From: a virus
Lineage: Duplodnaviria > Heunggongvirae > Uroviricota > Caudoviricetes
Length of the DNA stretch: 64,000 nt
Strand: one strand, 5' to 3'
Virus record (IMG/VR): IMGVR_UViG_3300034061_003277
Span: 64,479 to 128,478 of that record
Part shown: positions 54,774 to 64,000 of the stretch, piece by piece
Layout of the letters: the number at the start of each line of letters is the position of its first letter
How positions within the stretch are numbered: the stretch's first letter is position 1
Made by a program: the position numbers and the translations under genes
Notes under the pieces: model-generated
Told to the model about the DNA's origin: nothing
Databases searched by the model: none
What the model saw: the letters and a program-made list of their open reading frames with translations, nothing else

Positions 54774-57359
54774 ATGGCTATATTAACACTAAGACAAGGC
54801 TCAATAGCAGGAACTTTACCTAATGACGTATACTTAAAAGGAGCAAAAATATCCATTAGTGAAATGGATAACAATTTAATCTTTTTAGCGAATACTCTTT
54901 TAGGACCCGAAAACTCAATATCAGGCTCATTAGTCCTATCAGGTTCATTAGTGGATTTTACACAAGTAACTTCAGTAATAGGATTAAACATGACTGGATC
55001 TGTCGGTACTTTTACAGGTTCATTTACAGGTTCATTTAGTGGTGATGGAAGCGCATTAACAGGAGTGACTGGAGAATGGGACGGAACACATGATGGTAAC
55101 GCTCAAATCACTGGAAGTTTATCTCAAGGATTAAATAATACTACAACTGGCACTTATTCACACGCTGAAGGATTTCAAACCACTACTGTTGGAGATTATT
55201 CACATACTGAAGGATACGGAACAATAGTAGATGGTACTGGGGCTCATGCTGAAGGTAATTCAACAACTGCTATAGGTAGCTACTCACATGCTGAAGGTTA
55301 TTTCACTACTACTACTAATACTTTCTCACATGCTGAAGGTAAAGAAACTACATCAGCGGGATATGCGTCTCACGCTGAAGGATCAGGATCAATATCTTTA
55401 GGATGGTATTCACATGCTGAAGGTTTTAGAACAACAACACCCGGTATGCATTCTCATGCTGAAGGGAGAACAACAACGTCGGTTGGTGAGTACTCACATA
55501 CTGAAGGGCTACAAACTGTAGCTATAGGCACTGGCTCACACGCTGAAGGACATATAAACTTAGCACAGGGTAATTATTCACATGCTGAAGGTAATGTTAG
55601 TACTGCTGAAGGTCAATACTCACACGCTGAAGGAAATGATACTGTAGCCGCTGGTCAATTCTCACATGCTGAAGGATCACAAACTAAAGCAGCATCAAAT
55701 GGATCACATGCTGAAGGTCTATTCTCAACAACAATAGGTGTTAGTTCACATGCTGAAGGTTATCTTACTACATCAAAAGGATTTATCTCTCATGCTGAAG
55801 GATATTCAACAACATCATCTGGTTCTTATTCTCATACTGAAGGAAGTGGCTCTATAGCAGTAGGAGATGCATCACACGCTGAAGGATTTCAAACAACTGC
55901 TAAAGGAAATGGATCTCATGCTGAAGGTGTTTCATTCATTGTAGGAACTGGCATTATTACCCCCGCCTCAGTCAATTATTTTGAATATGACGAATACTCA
56001 GGAGGCGTAGTTTCATTAACAACAACAACATTAGTAGTAGATGGTGACTACTCAGGCAATACAGTTCCATATACTATAGAGTATCTTTACTTAGAAAATC
56101 CATCTTATGCTTATCAAATAAATGCTTATTATTATACAACTTTCCCAATAATAACAAATATTTCATATAGTGCAGGAACTGATGAAAGTACATTTACATT
56201 CTCCCCAGCACTCCAACCATTTTATAATGATGTTACTGGTTCACAAAATATAGCATCTGGATCATATTCGCACGCTGAAGGACAAGGCACTACTTCAGTG
56301 GGATTAGCTTCACATACTGAAGGATGGAATACTACAACAGTAGGTAATTATTCTCATGCTGAAGGATTCCAAACTACTGCTATGGGTAATTATTCACATG
56401 CTGAAGGAGGTTATACCCAACCTTTAGGTTATGGATCACATGCTGAAGGAATAGGTTCTATAGCTGAAGGCGAGTACTCACACGCTGAAGGTGATAATAC
56501 GACTGCTAAAGGAATTAGATCACACGCGGAAGGCTCTTCAACAATAGCTTCAGGCTCTTATTCACATGCTGAAGGAGCCGGCACTATCTCAATTGGACAA
56601 GAATCTCATTCAGAAGGAGCTTCAACAACTTCTATTGGAAATTGGTCTCACGCTGAAGGAAGTGCTAATAAAGCAATAGGAGATTGGTCTCATGCTGAAG
56701 GATATTTTACTACAGCAATAGGCGATTGGTCACATGCTGAAGGATCTAATACAAAAGCGTCAGGTTCTAACTCACACACTGAAGGATCAGGTACTTTAGC
56801 TATAGGCTCTTACTCACACACTGAAGGATCAAATACTTTAGCAATAGGATTAGCATCACATGCTGAAGGTGTTGAAGTTACAGCATCTGGTGATTATTCT
56901 CACGCTGAAGGTTTTAGAACAAAAGCAATTGGATATTCCTCACACGCAGAAGGTTATCAAACTATAGCATCTGGTACTTATTCACACGCTGAGGGAGCTC
57001 AATCAACAACAATAGGTCTTTATTCACACGCTGAAGGTCAAAGTACCACATCAATAGGATACAGCTCACACACTGAAGGTCGAGGTACTGTAGCATCAGG
57101 ATCATACCAAACTGTAGTAGGCCAATATAATGTATATAATGATACTACTAGCCCATTTATTGTAGGATTCGGAACATCAGATTCAATTAGAAAAAATGCT
57201 TTTAAAGTGACATTAAGTTCTTCTATTGTAGTAGCAACTCAAAGTGCTGCTCCAGCATGGGCGGGCACAGAAGGAGAAATGATACCTGTAAATAATGGTG
57301 GATCATATTTCATATACACTTATATTGGAGGAGCTTGGAGATCTGCATCTCTAGCTTAA
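54774..57359 (+). CDS. Fibre/adhesin with YadA-head-like 14-aa SHAEG repeats
   Basis: About 39 H[AST]EG repeats of 14 aa in two blocks, ending QTVVGQYN...FIVGFG. Confidence 0.85.
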   Translation: MAILTLRQGSIAGTLPNDVYLKGAKISISEMDNNLIFLANTLLGPENSISGSLVLSGSLVDFTQVTSVIGLNMTGSVGTFTGSFTGSFSGDGSALTGVTGEWDGTHDGNAQITGSLSQGLNNTTTGTYSHAEGFQTTTVGDYSHTEGYGTIVDGTGAHAEGNSTTAIGSYSHAEGYFTTTTNTFSHAEGKETTSAGYASHAEGSGSISLGWYSHAEGFRTTTPGMHSHAEGRTTTSVGEYSHTEGLQTVAIGTGSHAEGHINLAQGNYSHAEGNVSTAEGQYSHAEGNDTVAAGQFSHAEGSQTKAASNGSHAEGLFSTTIGVSSHAEGYLTTSKGFISHAEGYSTTSSGSYSHTEGSGSIAVGDASHAEGFQTTAKGNGSHAEGVSFIVGTGIITPASVNYFEYDEYSGGVVSLTTTTLVVDGDYSGNTVPYTIEYLYLENPSYAYQINAYYYTTFPIITNISYSAGTDESTFTFSPALQPFYNDVTGSQNIASGSYSHAEGQGTTSVGLASHTEGWNTTTVGNYSHAEGFQTTAMGNYSHAEGGYTQPLGYGSHAEGIGSIAEGEYSHAEGDNTTAKGIRSHAEGSSTIASGSYSHAEGAGTISIGQESHSEGASTTSIGNWSHAEGSANKAIGDWSHAEGYFTTAIGDWSHAEGSNTKASGSNSHTEGSGTLAIGSYSHTEGSNTLAIGLASHAEGVEVTASGDYSHAEGFRTKAIGYSSHAEGYQTIASGTYSHAEGAQSTTIGLYSHAEGQSTTSIGYSSHTEGRGTVASGSYQTVVGQYNVYNDTTSPFIVGFGTSDSIRKNAFKVTLSSSIVVATQSAAPAWAGTEGEMIPVNNGGSYFIYTYIGGAWRSASLA

Positions 57360-57380
57360 TATTTATAATAAAATAAATTT

Positions 57381-57632
57381 ATGACAACTAAAGTTTTAAC
57401 CCCAGAAGAAATTGAATTATTAAAATCAATCCAAACCAAACAAAATGATCTAATTCAAAATTTAGGCATTGTAGAATATAAAATGCAAATGTTAGAATTA
57501 GATAAACAAGTTCTTAAAGCCGAAATCCAAAAACAAATAGAATCAGAATCTAGTTTAGGAAAACAACTTCAAGAAAAATATGGTGATGGGACTATTGATT
57601 TAGAAAAAGGAGAATTTATTAGTTCTAATTAA
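57381..57632 (+). CDS. Small coiled-coil protein (83 aa)
   Basis: TATTTATA at 57360; heptad pattern; precedes sheath. Confidence 0.65.
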   Translation: MTTKVLTPEEIELLKSIQTKQNDLIQNLGIVEYKMQMLELDKQVLKAEIQKQIESESSLGKQLQEKYGDGTIDLEKGEFISSN

Positions 57633-57682
57633 CTTTTACACCCTCCTTTGATATTTATAACAAAATTAAATAACAACATCAC

Positions 57683-59758
57683 ATGGCAGAAACCTTAATA
57701 TCCCCAGGAGTATTAGCGAGAGAAAATGATTCTTCATTTGTTTCTCGCCAACCTATTGCTGCTGGAGCCGCAATTATTGGCCCTACAGTTAAAGGACCTG
57801 TAAATATACCTACATTAGTTAGTTCATATAGCGATTTCAAAAATAAATTTGGAACTGTATTGATTAGCGGTAGTGATACTTATACTTACTTTACATCTAT
57901 AGCAGCCTACAATTATTTTAACAACGGAGGAGTTTCATTACTAGTAGCTCGAGCAGTAAATGGTAATTATTCCCCAGCAACTAGTTCTGGTATCATTAAC
58001 TCTGAACCATCACTCCCAGGAGCATATTCTAGAGGCAATGTGAATATAGTTAATGACTTAGCAATTGGATCTGGAGAAGTTAGAGTGACAGGAAGTTTCG
58101 GCTTATACAGATATATTTCTACTGCTACAGTAGGTACACCAGCTGATGATGTTGATGGACAATTATACTATTTTGCTAGTGGATCTAACCTTGCAGCGAC
58201 TGCAACCAATTTAGCTACTGTATTAAACACAACTTTAGGTAGCTATTTTACAGTAACTTCAGGATCAGGTGGATTGATTTTCTCTTCATCAGTATCATCT
58301 TCAGCATATAATGGAACAGCTATCCTCTCAGGATCTGGAACTACTTTCTCAAATATATTAACTATCAGCGGAGGTGTAACAGGAATTGGATCAGTACCAT
58401 TTGTGTTAGAAACACTTTCTGAAGGCGAAATTATGAATAGTGATGGCCCAATTGATGCTTATGGAGCATTAGCTAGTGGGTCTGCTGATAACATTAGATG
58501 GGAAATATTAAACTCAGATGCAGATTCAGGAACATTTGACTTATTAATAAGAAGAGGTGATGATACAACTAATGACCAAATTGTATTAGAAACTTGGACT
58601 GGATTATCATTAGACCCAACTCAAGGAAACTTTATAGCTAAAGTATTAGGTGATCAAGTTGAAGTATATAACCCAACAACTAATCAAATTGAATTAACTG
58701 GATTCTACGCTAATGCATCTCAATATGTAAGAGTAAGTACTGTTAATTATTTAACACCAAATTATTTTGATAATGCAGGTTCACCAAAACCACAATATGC
58801 TGATTACCTTCCATTAGATTCTGAAGGAGCATTTGGTGGAGCTTTAGGTGATGTGATGGGTGGAGCTAATTTCTACAATGATATCAACTCAACTAACACA
58901 CAAGGATTAGTAGGAACAGATTATGATAATATGATTAATTTATTATCAAACCAAGATGACTATATATTCAATGTGTTAATGACTCCTGGTTTGATTAACT
59001 CATTACATTCTTCACAAGTAACAAGCATTATTACAAATACTCAACAAAGAGGAGATAATATCTATGTAGTAGATATGGTTCCTTATGGATCAAATGTAAA
59101 CGCAGTTGTAGCTCAAGCTACAAGTAGAAATACTTCATATGCCGCAACATACTGGCCTTGGACTTTAGTATTCGATCCAGACACTGGAGACATGGTTTGG
59201 GTACCAGCTTCAACAGTAATTGGTGGAGTATATGCTTACACCGATAACGTATCAGAACCTTGGTTTGCACCAGCAGGTATTAATCGTGGTGGATTACAAG
59301 TAGTAAGAGCTGAGCAAAAATTACCACAATCATATCGCGATACTTTATATAATGGAAAAGTGAACCCAATCGCTACATTCCCATCAACCGGAGTAGTAGT
59401 ATATGGTCAAAAGACATTACAAACAAGAGCATCAGCATTAGATCGTGTAAATGTTCGCCGCTTGTTAATTGCTCTTAAAGCTTATATTTCTCAAGTAGCT
59501 CAAAACTTAGTGTTTGAACAAAACACAGCAGCAACAAGAAATAGCTTCTTAGCAGTAGTTAACCCATACTTAGAAAGTGTTCAACAAAGACAAGGATTGT
59601 ATGCGTTTAAAGTAGTAATGGATGATACAAATAATACAGCAGATGTAGTAGATAGAAACCAATTAGTAGGTCAAATTTACTTACAACCAACTAAAACTGC
59701 TGAATTTATTTACTTAGATTTCAACATTACTCCAACAGGAGCTACTTTCCCAGCGTAA
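57683..59758 (+). CDS. gp18: Tail sheath protein (T4 gp18-like)
   Basis: LISPGVLARE, PWFAPAGINRG, YGQKTLQ...SALDRVNVRRLLI, PTKTAEFI. Confidence 0.97.
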   Translation: MAETLISPGVLARENDSSFVSRQPIAAGAAIIGPTVKGPVNIPTLVSSYSDFKNKFGTVLISGSDTYTYFTSIAAYNYFNNGGVSLLVARAVNGNYSPATSSGIINSEPSLPGAYSRGNVNIVNDLAIGSGEVRVTGSFGLYRYISTATVGTPADDVDGQLYYFASGSNLAATATNLATVLNTTLGSYFTVTSGSGGLIFSSSVSSSAYNGTAILSGSGTTFSNILTISGGVTGIGSVPFVLETLSEGEIMNSDGPIDAYGALASGSADNIRWEILNSDADSGTFDLLIRRGDDTTNDQIVLETWTGLSLDPTQGNFIAKVLGDQVEVYNPTTNQIELTGFYANASQYVRVSTVNYLTPNYFDNAGSPKPQYADYLPLDSEGAFGGALGDVMGGANFYNDINSTNTQGLVGTDYDNMINLLSNQDDYIFNVLMTPGLINSLHSSQVTSIITNTQQRGDNIYVVDMVPYGSNVNAVVAQATSRNTSYAATYWPWTLVFDPDTGDMVWVPASTVIGGVYAYTDNVSEPWFAPAGINRGGLQVVRAEQKLPQSYRDTLYNGKVNPIATFPSTGVVVYGQKTLQTRASALDRVNVRRLLIALKAYISQVAQNLVFEQNTAATRNSFLAVVNPYLESVQQRQGLYAFKVVMDDTNNTADVVDRNQLVGQIYLQPTKTAEFIYLDFNITPTGATFPA

Positions 59759-59804
59759 GAGTTGAAAAAATAAATACGTATAATAAACAAAATACAATAG
59801 AAAC

Positions 59805-60293
59805 ATGGCAATTTTAGATGCAAACGAAATATTTTTTACAGCGTTTGAACCCAAACAGCAGAACAGATTCATCCTTTATGTAGACGGTTTTCCAAGTTAT
59901 ATAATCAAAGGAGTATCAGGAGTTGAATATACCGCTGATGAAGTAGTTTTAAACCATATAAACATTTATCGTAAAGTAAAAGGTAAATCAAAATGGAGCG
60001 ATATCACATTAACATTATTTGACCCAGTAACACCATCAGGTGCTCAGGCAGTAATGGAATGGGTACGTTTACACCACGAATCAGTAACAGGTAGAGATGG
60101 GTATTCAGATTTTTATAAAAAAGATTTAACCATTGATATCCTAGGTCCTGTAGGTGATGTAGTGAGTGAGTGGATTATCAAAGGAGCATTTATCAAATCT
60201 GCTAACTTTGGAGATTATAACTATGATAATGAATCTGTAGCTCAAAACATTTCAATGGTCGTAGGTATGGATTACTGCGTATTGAACTACTAA
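59805..60293 (+). CDS. gp19: Tail tube protein (T4 gp19-like)
   Basis: KVKGKSKWSDITLTLFDP...VMEWVRL...YKKDLTIDILGPVGD..SEW.IKGAF; follows sheath. Confidence 0.9.
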   Translation: MAILDANEIFFTAFEPKQQNRFILYVDGFPSYIIKGVSGVEYTADEVVLNHINIYRKVKGKSKWSDITLTLFDPVTPSGAQAVMEWVRLHHESVTGRDGYSDFYKKDLTIDILGPVGDVVSEWIIKGAFIKSANFGDYNYDNESVAQNISMVVGMDYCVLNY

Positions 60294-60310
60294 TACAAAT
60301 ACTTATTTTT

Positions 60311-60344
60311 AAAAGAGGCTCAACTTTTGTTGAGCTTTTTTTTT
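60311..60344 (+). terminator. Intrinsic terminator after tube gene
   Basis: GCTCAAC-tttt-GTTGAGC-TTTTTTTTT. Confidence 0.85.
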
Positions 60345-60391
60345 CTTTATATATTTATATATGATAATAATGTTATAATTAAATAAAGATC

Positions 60392-61126
60392 ATGGAAAAT
60401 AAAATTAACGTCCCAACAGAAACTGTTGAATTGCCTTCTAAAGGTTTAGTGTATTCTAAAGATAATCCACTTTCAAGCGGTACAATAGAAATGAAGTATA
60501 TGACTGCTAAAGAAGAAGATATTCTAACTAACCAATCATATATTCAAAAAGGAATTGTTTTAGATAAATTAATGACTTCACTTATTGTATCTAAGATAAA
60601 TTATGATGATTTGATAGTAGGCGATAAAAACGCTGTTATGGTCGCTTCTCGTGTTTTAGGATACGGTAAAGACTATAAATTTAAATATAACAACGAACAT
60701 CATGAAGTAGATTTGTCTACATTGGAGAATAAAATTATCGATGAGACACTATTTACACCTGGAGTTAATGAATTTTCTTTTATATTACCTGCTTCTCAAA
60801 CACCAATCACATTCAGATTGTTAACAGGACATGAGGAAAAGAAAATTGAAGCGGAAATCAACGGTATGAAGAAAGTTAACTCAAATATCTCAGCTGAGTT
60901 ATCTACTCGTATGAAATATATTATTACATCTGTTAATGGAGATAGAGACACTAAAACTATACGAGAATATGTCGATACAGCTTTATTAGCTCGAGATTCT
61001 CGAGCGTTAAGAGATCATATTAAAGCAATTCAACCAGATGTAGATCTAACTTTTTTTCCCCTCGGAAGTAACGAGTCAATTTCAATTCCAATTGGACTTA
61101 GCTTTTTTTGGCCTGACTACGAATAA
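60392..61126 (+). CDS. Tail/baseplate hub assembly chaperone (T4 gp26-like)
   Basis: VELPSKG..Y...MKYMTAKEEDILT, LIVGDKNAVM..SR.LGYG; ends FFWP. Confidence 0.8.
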   Translation: MENKINVPTETVELPSKGLVYSKDNPLSSGTIEMKYMTAKEEDILTNQSYIQKGIVLDKLMTSLIVSKINYDDLIVGDKNAVMVASRVLGYGKDYKFKYNNEHHEVDLSTLENKIIDETLFTPGVNEFSFILPASQTPITFRLLTGHEEKKIEAEINGMKKVNSNISAELSTRMKYIITSVNGDRDTKTIREYVDTALLARDSRALRDHIKAIQPDVDLTFFPLGSNESISIPIGLSFFWPDYE

Positions 61127-61406
61127 TATATCTGAAGCTCGATTTAACGTTTTTAAACAAATACATGAAATAGTATTTCATGGTAATGGCGGGTACTCAT
61201 GGGAAACAGTCTATAACATGCCTGTTTGGTTAAGGAACTTTACATTTAGTGAAATCCAGAAATTCCATGATAATGAGCGAGAAAGAGTATCTAAAGTAAA
61301 TAAACCTAATACTACTACAGTGATGGACTCCCAGGGTAATGTTTTAGTTGATAAGAATAGTATACCTAAACCAATTGCTCCTCAAAAGGCTCCAAGTTAT
61401 AAATAA
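61104..61406 (+). CDS. Overlapping +1-frame extension of the tail chaperone (probable frameshift product)
   Basis: No early in-frame ATG; T7 run at 61103-61109 links the frames; FKQIHEIVFHGNGGYSWETVYNMP.WLR resembles chaperone C-terminal extensions. Confidence 0.6.
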   Translation, partial: FFGLTTNNISEARFNVFKQIHEIVFHGNGGYSWETVYNMPVWLRNFTFSEIQKFHDNERERVSKVNKPNTTTVMDSQGNVLVDKNSIPKPIAPQKAPSYK

Positions 61407-61443
61407 AAATTTAAAAGTTAAATATTTATAGCAAATCTACTTT

Positions 61444-63894
61444 ATGGCTGGTAAAAAAGAAATAGATGATCTACTAAAACAGATAGAAGATAAGTATGAT
61501 GCTTTAGGGAAAAAGAACCCATTTAGCGCTAAAAACTTCAATACTGGTAAAGTAGAAGAAATTATAGCTATATTAACAGCTGGTCTTAAAGACATTACTA
61601 GAGAATATGATAAGTTTAATGAGTCAATAGGTGATTCATTAAGCGGTCTTCGTGATGCCATGTCTGAATTAAAAAAAGGCCCTAATGCTATTAAAGAAAC
61701 ATCTAAAGCATATCGTGGATTAACAGACATAGCTAGAGATCTTATTAAATTTAAAAAAGGAGACATTGATCTTTCCGGACAAGAAATTAAAGAACTCCAA
61801 AAGCAAGCTTCTTTACATAAACAACGCATAGCTGATTCATTAAGATTAAATCAACTTAGAGCTCAAGGATTAGATAGTGAATTAAAAGGTATCCTTAATG
61901 GAAGAAAATTCAATCAGACTGCTGGCGAGGAAAGAAAACGATATCAAGAAATTCTATCTACTAAAAAAGATATTGAAACCCAGAATAAAATTCTTCTTGA
62001 TCAAGAAAAAGAATCAAAAGAACTTATTGGTGATATAGATGGTGAATTAAATAATGCTGCTAAAGGAACTAAAGCTTTTGAAGGCAAATTCAAAGCATTA
62101 AGTGCCTTATTTGGAAAAGGAGAAATAGGCCAAGCTATAGCCAAGCGATTATCAGGACCTAATTCATACAAAGGATCAGCATTTACCCCTCCAGGTGGTG
62201 CGGGTGGAGGAGGAGCACCTCCTACTGGAGGAGGCGGAGCCTCAGCAGCCTCAGGCATGATGGGAGGTGGAGGTGGTGGAGGAGCCATGGCTGGAGCAGC
62301 AGGAGGAGTATATGGTATGCTTTTAGCAAAAGCTGCTGAGAAACTTGGAGAAATAGTAGAGGAAATTAAAAAAACATTTAAGGAACTTGACAAAGCCGTT
62401 GGTGATATGGCTGGAGAATTTGGTATTAGTTACCAAGAAGCAGCTCGTCTTAGCAATGAGATGAACACTCAGGCTAATTTGTCAATGGCTACTTCTGTTA
62501 GTACTAAGAAAATTCAAGAGGCCAACATGGCTATAAATAGAGTATTAGGTACTAATGCTGCTTTATCAGCTGAAATGGCTGTAGACTATGCCCAAATAAC
62601 TCACCAAGCTAAATACTCAGCAGAAGCTATGGATGAGTTTGCTAGAATTAATTTAGCTACTAATGGAGATATGTCTGAAAATTTAGCATTAATGCAGGGC
62701 CAAGCTGTGGCTTTGAATATGCAAAATGGTACTGTTATTAATGAGAAGAAATTATTTGAAGATTTAATGAAAACTTCAAAAACATTACTTCTTACTTATG
62801 CTAACATGCCTAAAGAATTAATGAAGGCAGGGTATGAAGCGGCTAAGTTAGGTACATCTTTAGATAAATTAGAAAAAGCCGGAGAATCATTATTACAATT
62901 CGAAGACTCAATATCAGCAGAATTAGAAGCTCAATTATTAACAGGTGAACAATTAAACTTAGAAGGTGCTAGATTAGCATACTTAAATAATGATATGGTT
63001 GGGTTTGCTAGAGAGTTAGCAGCCCAAAATATAACAGCCGCTAAATTCCAAGGCATGAATCGTCTCCAGCAAGATGCAATAGCCAAATCAATGGGTATGC
63101 AAAAAGATGAGATGGCTGAGATGTTAATGAATCAAGAAGCTTTAAAAAATGTAGGAGCAAAAAACACTGAAGAAGCTAAAAAGAAATATGATGAATTAGT
63201 TAAACAGTATGGTGTTGAAGGAGCTATAAAAAGATTAGGAGACGAAAAACTAGCCCAACAATTCCAATCACAATCTTCCCAAGAAAGATGGAATGATGCT
63301 ACTGAAAAATTTAAAGAAATTCTAGTATCAGTAATGGAAACTCTTATGCCTATAGTAAGTGCATTTTCAAATGTTCTTAAAATTGTAGGACCTATAGTAG
63401 GATTTGTAGCACAGTTACTTAAATTATTATTAAATATTGTTAATCTAGCTAATCCTTTCTCATGGATAGTATCTGGAATCCAATCATTAACTGGAAGTGA
63501 TTTTAAAGATACAATGGCTGGTCAAAGTGTTGAGTCTATTAAAGGAACATTTAAATCTTCAAATACTTCAAAACCAACACCTGGTTTAGCAAGTGGAGGA
63601 ACAGTTGTAGGAGCTGGAGCCATAATGGTAGGAGAAAACGGACCAGAAATTAGAACTGAAAAACCAGGTGCCACTATAACACCTTTAAATAAAGTTAATG
63701 CTGCCTCTGAAAGTGGTGCTAATAATAAACAACTAATAGACTCATTTAATGCTAAATTAGACAGCGTGGTAGCGGCTATTAAATCAATGAACGTATCAGT
63801 AGAGTTAGACGGTGAAAGAATAGGCCAAAATCGAACAGTTACAAATGCTGTGAATACAACTAATAATGTTATGTATAATACTAACATGGCTTAA
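61444..63894 (+). CDS. Tape measure protein (816 aa)
   Basis: Long alpha-helical A/K/E-rich protein after tube and chaperone, Gly-rich linker, hydrophobic VGPIVGFVAQLL segment, LASGG...VGENGPE tail motif. Confidence 0.85.
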   Translation: MAGKKEIDDLLKQIEDKYDALGKKNPFSAKNFNTGKVEEIIAILTAGLKDITREYDKFNESIGDSLSGLRDAMSELKKGPNAIKETSKAYRGLTDIARDLIKFKKGDIDLSGQEIKELQKQASLHKQRIADSLRLNQLRAQGLDSELKGILNGRKFNQTAGEERKRYQEILSTKKDIETQNKILLDQEKESKELIGDIDGELNNAAKGTKAFEGKFKALSALFGKGEIGQAIAKRLSGPNSYKGSAFTPPGGAGGGGAPPTGGGGASAASGMMGGGGGGGAMAGAAGGVYGMLLAKAAEKLGEIVEEIKKTFKELDKAVGDMAGEFGISYQEAARLSNEMNTQANLSMATSVSTKKIQEANMAINRVLGTNAALSAEMAVDYAQITHQAKYSAEAMDEFARINLATNGDMSENLALMQGQAVALNMQNGTVINEKKLFEDLMKTSKTLLLTYANMPKELMKAGYEAAKLGTSLDKLEKAGESLLQFEDSISAELEAQLLTGEQLNLEGARLAYLNNDMVGFARELAAQNITAAKFQGMNRLQQDAIAKSMGMQKDEMAEMLMNQEALKNVGAKNTEEAKKKYDELVKQYGVEGAIKRLGDEKLAQQFQSQSSQERWNDATEKFKEILVSVMETLMPIVSAFSNVLKIVGPIVGFVAQLLKLLLNIVNLANPFSWIVSGIQSLTGSDFKDTMAGQSVESIKGTFKSSNTSKPTPGLASGGTVVGAGAIMVGENGPEIRTEKPGATITPLNKVNAASESGANNKQLIDSFNAKLDSVVAAIKSMNVSVELDGERIGQNRTVTNAVNTTNNVMYNTNMA

Positions 63895-63923
63895 TTTTTT
63901 AATATTTATAATAAAACACACAT

Positions 63924-64000
63924 ATGGGACTTTTAGACTTACTCGCACAAAATGGCTCTAACCTTACCTCACAAGACGGTCAGACGCCTCCAGGATTTAA
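63924..64000 (+). CDS. Start of next tail gene, truncated by window edge
   Basis: TATTTATA at 63903; ATG GGA CTT TTA GAC... open to the end of the window. Confidence 0.55.
   Translation, partial: MGLLDLLAQNGSNLTSQDGQTPPGF

Noticed and set aside
55155-57080. Regular 42-nt periodicity with recurring cacatgctgaagg as a CRISPR array or DGR
   Set aside because: Repeats are in-frame coding units with synonymous variation; no cas genes or reverse transcriptase in the window
61051-61071. T TTT TTT as a canonical -1 slippery site
   Set aside because: The -1 frame hits TAA after a few codons, so it cannot give the extended chaperone
695-63887. All minus-strand ORFs in the track (e.g. 34971..35471, 18168..18581, 62001..62393) and nested plus-strand ORFs 5190..5381 and 23058..23243
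   Set aside because: They lie within or across longer, motif-bearing + strand genes, have shadow-like composition (Ser/Phe runs opposite Glu/Lys codons) and no promoter or family signal
1-64000. Stop-codon reassignment or introns/inteins in terminase, portal, primase or capsid genes
   Set aside because: Core genes are intact and of normal length under the standard code, with no in-frame stops or splicing motifs seen

Overview
A 64 kb segment of a large, AT-rich, T4-like (contractile-tailed) bacteriophage genome; every supported gene is on the + strand. Gene order: baseplate/virion structural genes; a GIY-YIG nuclease, primase and exonuclease island; a long run of small, poorly characterised genes; an accessory enzyme block (FAD oxidoreductase, Aah/TibC-like glycosyltransferase, vWA-peptidase plus AAA+ ATPase); the head module (terminase, portal, prohead protease, scaffold, major capsid); an amidinotransferase/psd-like/phoH trio; fibre proteins; neck; sheath; tube; tail assembly chaperone; tape measure. 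TTTG-N19/20-TAnnTTTA promoters and A-rich starts mostly lacking Shine-Dalgarno sites suggest a Bacteroidota host (inference). Most notable observations: (1) many unknown proteins share an 'FxxMQxLAG' motif with the scaffold C-terminus, or an 'LxxIIKEE' helix, and carry [ILV]-x-E sites, suggesting a capsid-cargo/polyprotein system; (2) an arginine-dihydrolase-like enzyme paired with a membrane-anchor-less phosphatidylserine-decarboxylase-like enzyme right after the capsid gene; (3) a ~200 nt structured RNA candidate at 51.9-52.1 kb; (4) a candidate +1/-2 frameshift in the tail chaperone; (5) a repeated hairpin-in-promoter cassette; (6) a putative late promoter TATTTATA. No tRNA, rRNA or CRISPR array was seen. 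All family assignments come from motif recognition by eye, not database searches.
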